DNA of 8,928 nucleotides from a virus (Duplodnaviria; Heunggongvirae; Uroviricota; Caudoviricetes): IMG/VR virus record IMGVR_UViG_2657245131_000016; one strand, 5' to 3'. Shown piece by piece: positions 6,386 to 8,928 of this stretch (position 1 is its first letter; each line of letters starts with the position of its first letter). The notes under the pieces were generated by a model. It saw only the letters and a program-made list of their open reading frames with translations, ran no database searches and was not told where the DNA came from. The position numbers and the translations under genes were made by a program.

Positions 6386-6484
6386 GCGAAAACGGTTTGC
6401 TGTAACGGCAGAGTTAAGTAGGATTGCTGCGGGTGCTTGAGGCTATCTGCCTCGGGCATGAACACCAACGGCAGATAGATAAAA

Positions 6485-6565
6485 GCCCCACCCGACTATA
6501 AATCGAAGTGAGGCCCCTATATGCTCGTCACATATAGATTGCCTCTTACGGACCGAAAGGTCAAG
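6485..6565 (-). ncRNA. predicted Sok-like antisense RNA; coordinates approximate
   Basis: Inferred from hok/sok architecture: the antisense RNA is made from the opposite strand across the mok start region. A TTGACC -35-like hexamer is present on the minus strand (complement of 6559-6564), but I could not identify a convincing -10 or terminator. Confidence 0.3.
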
Positions 6566-6733
6566 GAGAAGCAGGCTATGAAGCAGCAAAAGGCGATGTT
6601 AATCGCCCTGATCGTCATCTGTTTAACCGTCATAGTGACGGCACTGGTAACGAGGAAAGACCTCTGCGAGGTACGAATCCGAACCGGCCAGACGGAGGTC
6701 GCTGTCTTCACAGCTTACGAACCTGAGGAGTAA
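6521..6733 (+). CDS. mok-like upstream reading frame running into hok
   Basis: The ATG at 6521 has GAGG 7 nt upstream and opens a 70-codon frame that continues in frame into hok. An inverted repeat CTATATG/CATATAG (6516-6537) spans this start codon and could sequester it. In hok-family loci hok translation is coupled to mok. Confidence 0.4.
   Translation: MLVTYRLPLTDRKVKEKQAMKQQKAMLIALIVICLTVIVTALVTRKDLCEVRIRTGQTEVAVFTAYEPEE
6578..6733 (+). CDS. hokD: Hok/Gef-family membrane toxin, HokD(RelF)-type
   Basis: The 51-aa product MKQQKAMLIALIVICLTVIVTALVTRKDLCEVRIRTGQTEVAVFTAYEPEE has a single transmembrane helix and the Hok signature, and matches my recollection of E. coli HokD. AAGGAG lies 9 nt upstream of the ATG. 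Confidence 0.9.
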   Translation: MKQQKAMLIALIVICLTVIVTALVTRKDLCEVRIRTGQTEVAVFTAYEPEE

Positions 6734-6802
6734 GAGACCAGGCGGGGGAGAAATCCCTCGCCACCTCTGATGTGTCAGGCATCCTCAACGCACCCGCACT
6801 TA

Positions 6803-6829
6803 ACCCGCTTCGGCGGGTTTTTGTTTTTA
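6803..6829 (+). terminator. rho-independent terminator downstream of hok
   Basis: Stem CCCGC (6804-6808), loop TTCG, stem GCGGG (6813-6817), then TTTTTGTTTTT. A GNRA-type stem-loop (GCGGGGGA gaaa TCCCTCGC, about 6743-6763) follows the hok stop directly. Confidence 0.65.
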
Positions 6830-6953
6830 TTTTCAACGCGTTTGAAGTTCCGGACGGCGCCGGAATAGAATCAAAAATACTTAAGTAGCGCGTAGGGAGA
6901 AGAGGGATGGACCCCGAACAGGGGAGTGCTATTTATCTGGAAGGATTCTGTTG

Positions 6954-7211
6954 ATGAGAATCGAAGAATTACGTGAAATTTTTAGTGAAGATGGCCTCTA
7001 TACTGTGCGCGTTGAGAAGGGCGCTATTGTCAGCCACTGCCGTATTAAATGTTTACAGTCTCAACAAAGGAAGAGTGGAGCTGCGTTAATTCATTTTGTG
7101 GATGGGCTTGTGACGGATGGTTTTATTTTGCGTGCAAATGAATTTGTCACATCGTTGCCGTCTCTGAAAGAAGCTGGGATTAAGGCTGGTTTTTCTGCTT
7201 TTGAAGATTAG
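6954..7211 (+). CDS. small hypothetical protein, Rem-like by position (Qin order hokD-rem-ydfU)
   Basis: 85 aa from the ATG at 6954, with a GGAAGGA Shine-Dalgarno 8 nt upstream; the track begins one codon earlier at TTG 6951. The Rem label rests only on gene order recalled from E. coli K-12 Qin, not on sequence recognition. Confidence 0.6.
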   Translation: MRIEELREIFSEDGLYTVRVEKGAIVSHCRIKCLQSQQRKSGAALIHFVDGLVTDGFILRANEFVTSLPSLKEAGIKAGFSAFED

Positions 7212-7280
7212 TGAATTCATCTACAATTCAGCGCAGGGCTGAACCCCTGTTGAGTAACACTGTGCCACCGGAGAAAGCCG

Positions 7281-7559
7281 ATGGCGCAAAATTCCAGACT
7301 ACACAATTCTGATAATTCAGCCGTCTTTGCCAGCAGGCACGGGCGGCGTTCTCATGCATTCAAATCTGACTGGTTCCGGCACGCCCCATGCACTGAAGAA
7401 CAGGCCGAATGGCTGATTCAGAACTACCGCAGACGTGGGTATGAGTTTAGGAAAGCCCTCAGCCTCGATTATCGTCACTGGATAATCTACGTCAGGCTGC
7501 CGTACTCCGAGCGCCCACCGCGTCCGTCCCGCACATTCCAGCAACGCATCTGGAGGTAA
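7281..7559 (+). CDS. hypothetical protein (92 aa), translationally coupled to the downstream DUF968 gene
   Basis: GGAG lies 7 nt upstream of the ATG. Its TAA stop (7557-7559) is 1 nt before the GTG start of the next gene and overlaps that gene's GGAGGT Shine-Dalgarno. Basic, Arg-rich product; no family recognised. Confidence 0.6.
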   Translation: MAQNSRLHNSDNSAVFASRHGRRSHAFKSDWFRHAPCTEEQAEWLIQNYRRRGYEFRKALSLDYRHWIIYVRLPYSERPPRPSRTFQQRIWR

Positions 7560-7560
7560 C

Positions 7561-8928
<1,368 letters not shown>

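Noticed and set aside
6208-6468. 86-aa minus-strand ORF
   Set aside because: It spans the AcfC terminator and the 24-bp palindrome in an intergenic region, with no ribosome binding site; probably not coding.
6243-6577. relBE toxin-antitoxin genes upstream of hok, as in K-12 Qin
   Set aside because: Looked for but absent: no ORFs of the right size or composition; the space holds the AcfC terminator, the palindrome and the hok leader.
6517-6711. 64-aa minus-strand ORF antisense to hok
   Set aside because: A shadow of hok/mok. The minus strand here is expected to produce the Sok antisense RNA, not a protein.
7227-7243. Hairpin TTCAGC-gcagg-GCTGAA after the Rem-like gene as a possible terminator
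   Set aside because: No U-tract follows and the stem is only 6 bp; the next gene follows immediately with its own Shine-Dalgarno, so read-through is more likely.

Overview
This window is the immunity and early-replication region of a lambdoid prophage of the Qin/Rac type (enterobacterial, E. coli/Shigella-like), bracketed by two partial IS3-family insertion sequences whose inner ends sit at about 296 and 8802. Leftward operon: a DicA-like repressor (1144-1551, minus) followed by two unidentified small genes. Rightward operon: Cro-like (DicC/YdaS-type), a CII/YdaT-like protein, an O-like initiator with an iteron array inside its coding sequence, a lambda-P-like helicase loader and a DUF1627-like protein. 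Next comes about 0.85 kb with no convincing gene, then an AT-rich cargo gene for an AcfC/PEB3-family periplasmic binding protein, a hokD-type hok/mok/sok toxin locus, a small Rem-like gene, a 92-aa gene, a DUF968 (YdfU-like) gene and a truncated ORF that runs into the right-hand IS. No tRNA, rRNA or CRISPR array was seen. I did not find a clearly novel multi-gene system. The most unusual parts are the AcfC-like cargo gene with its flanking perfect palindromes and the decayed region upstream of it. All assignments come from reading the translations and DNA by eye; no database search was run, and family names rest on recalled sequence similarity.
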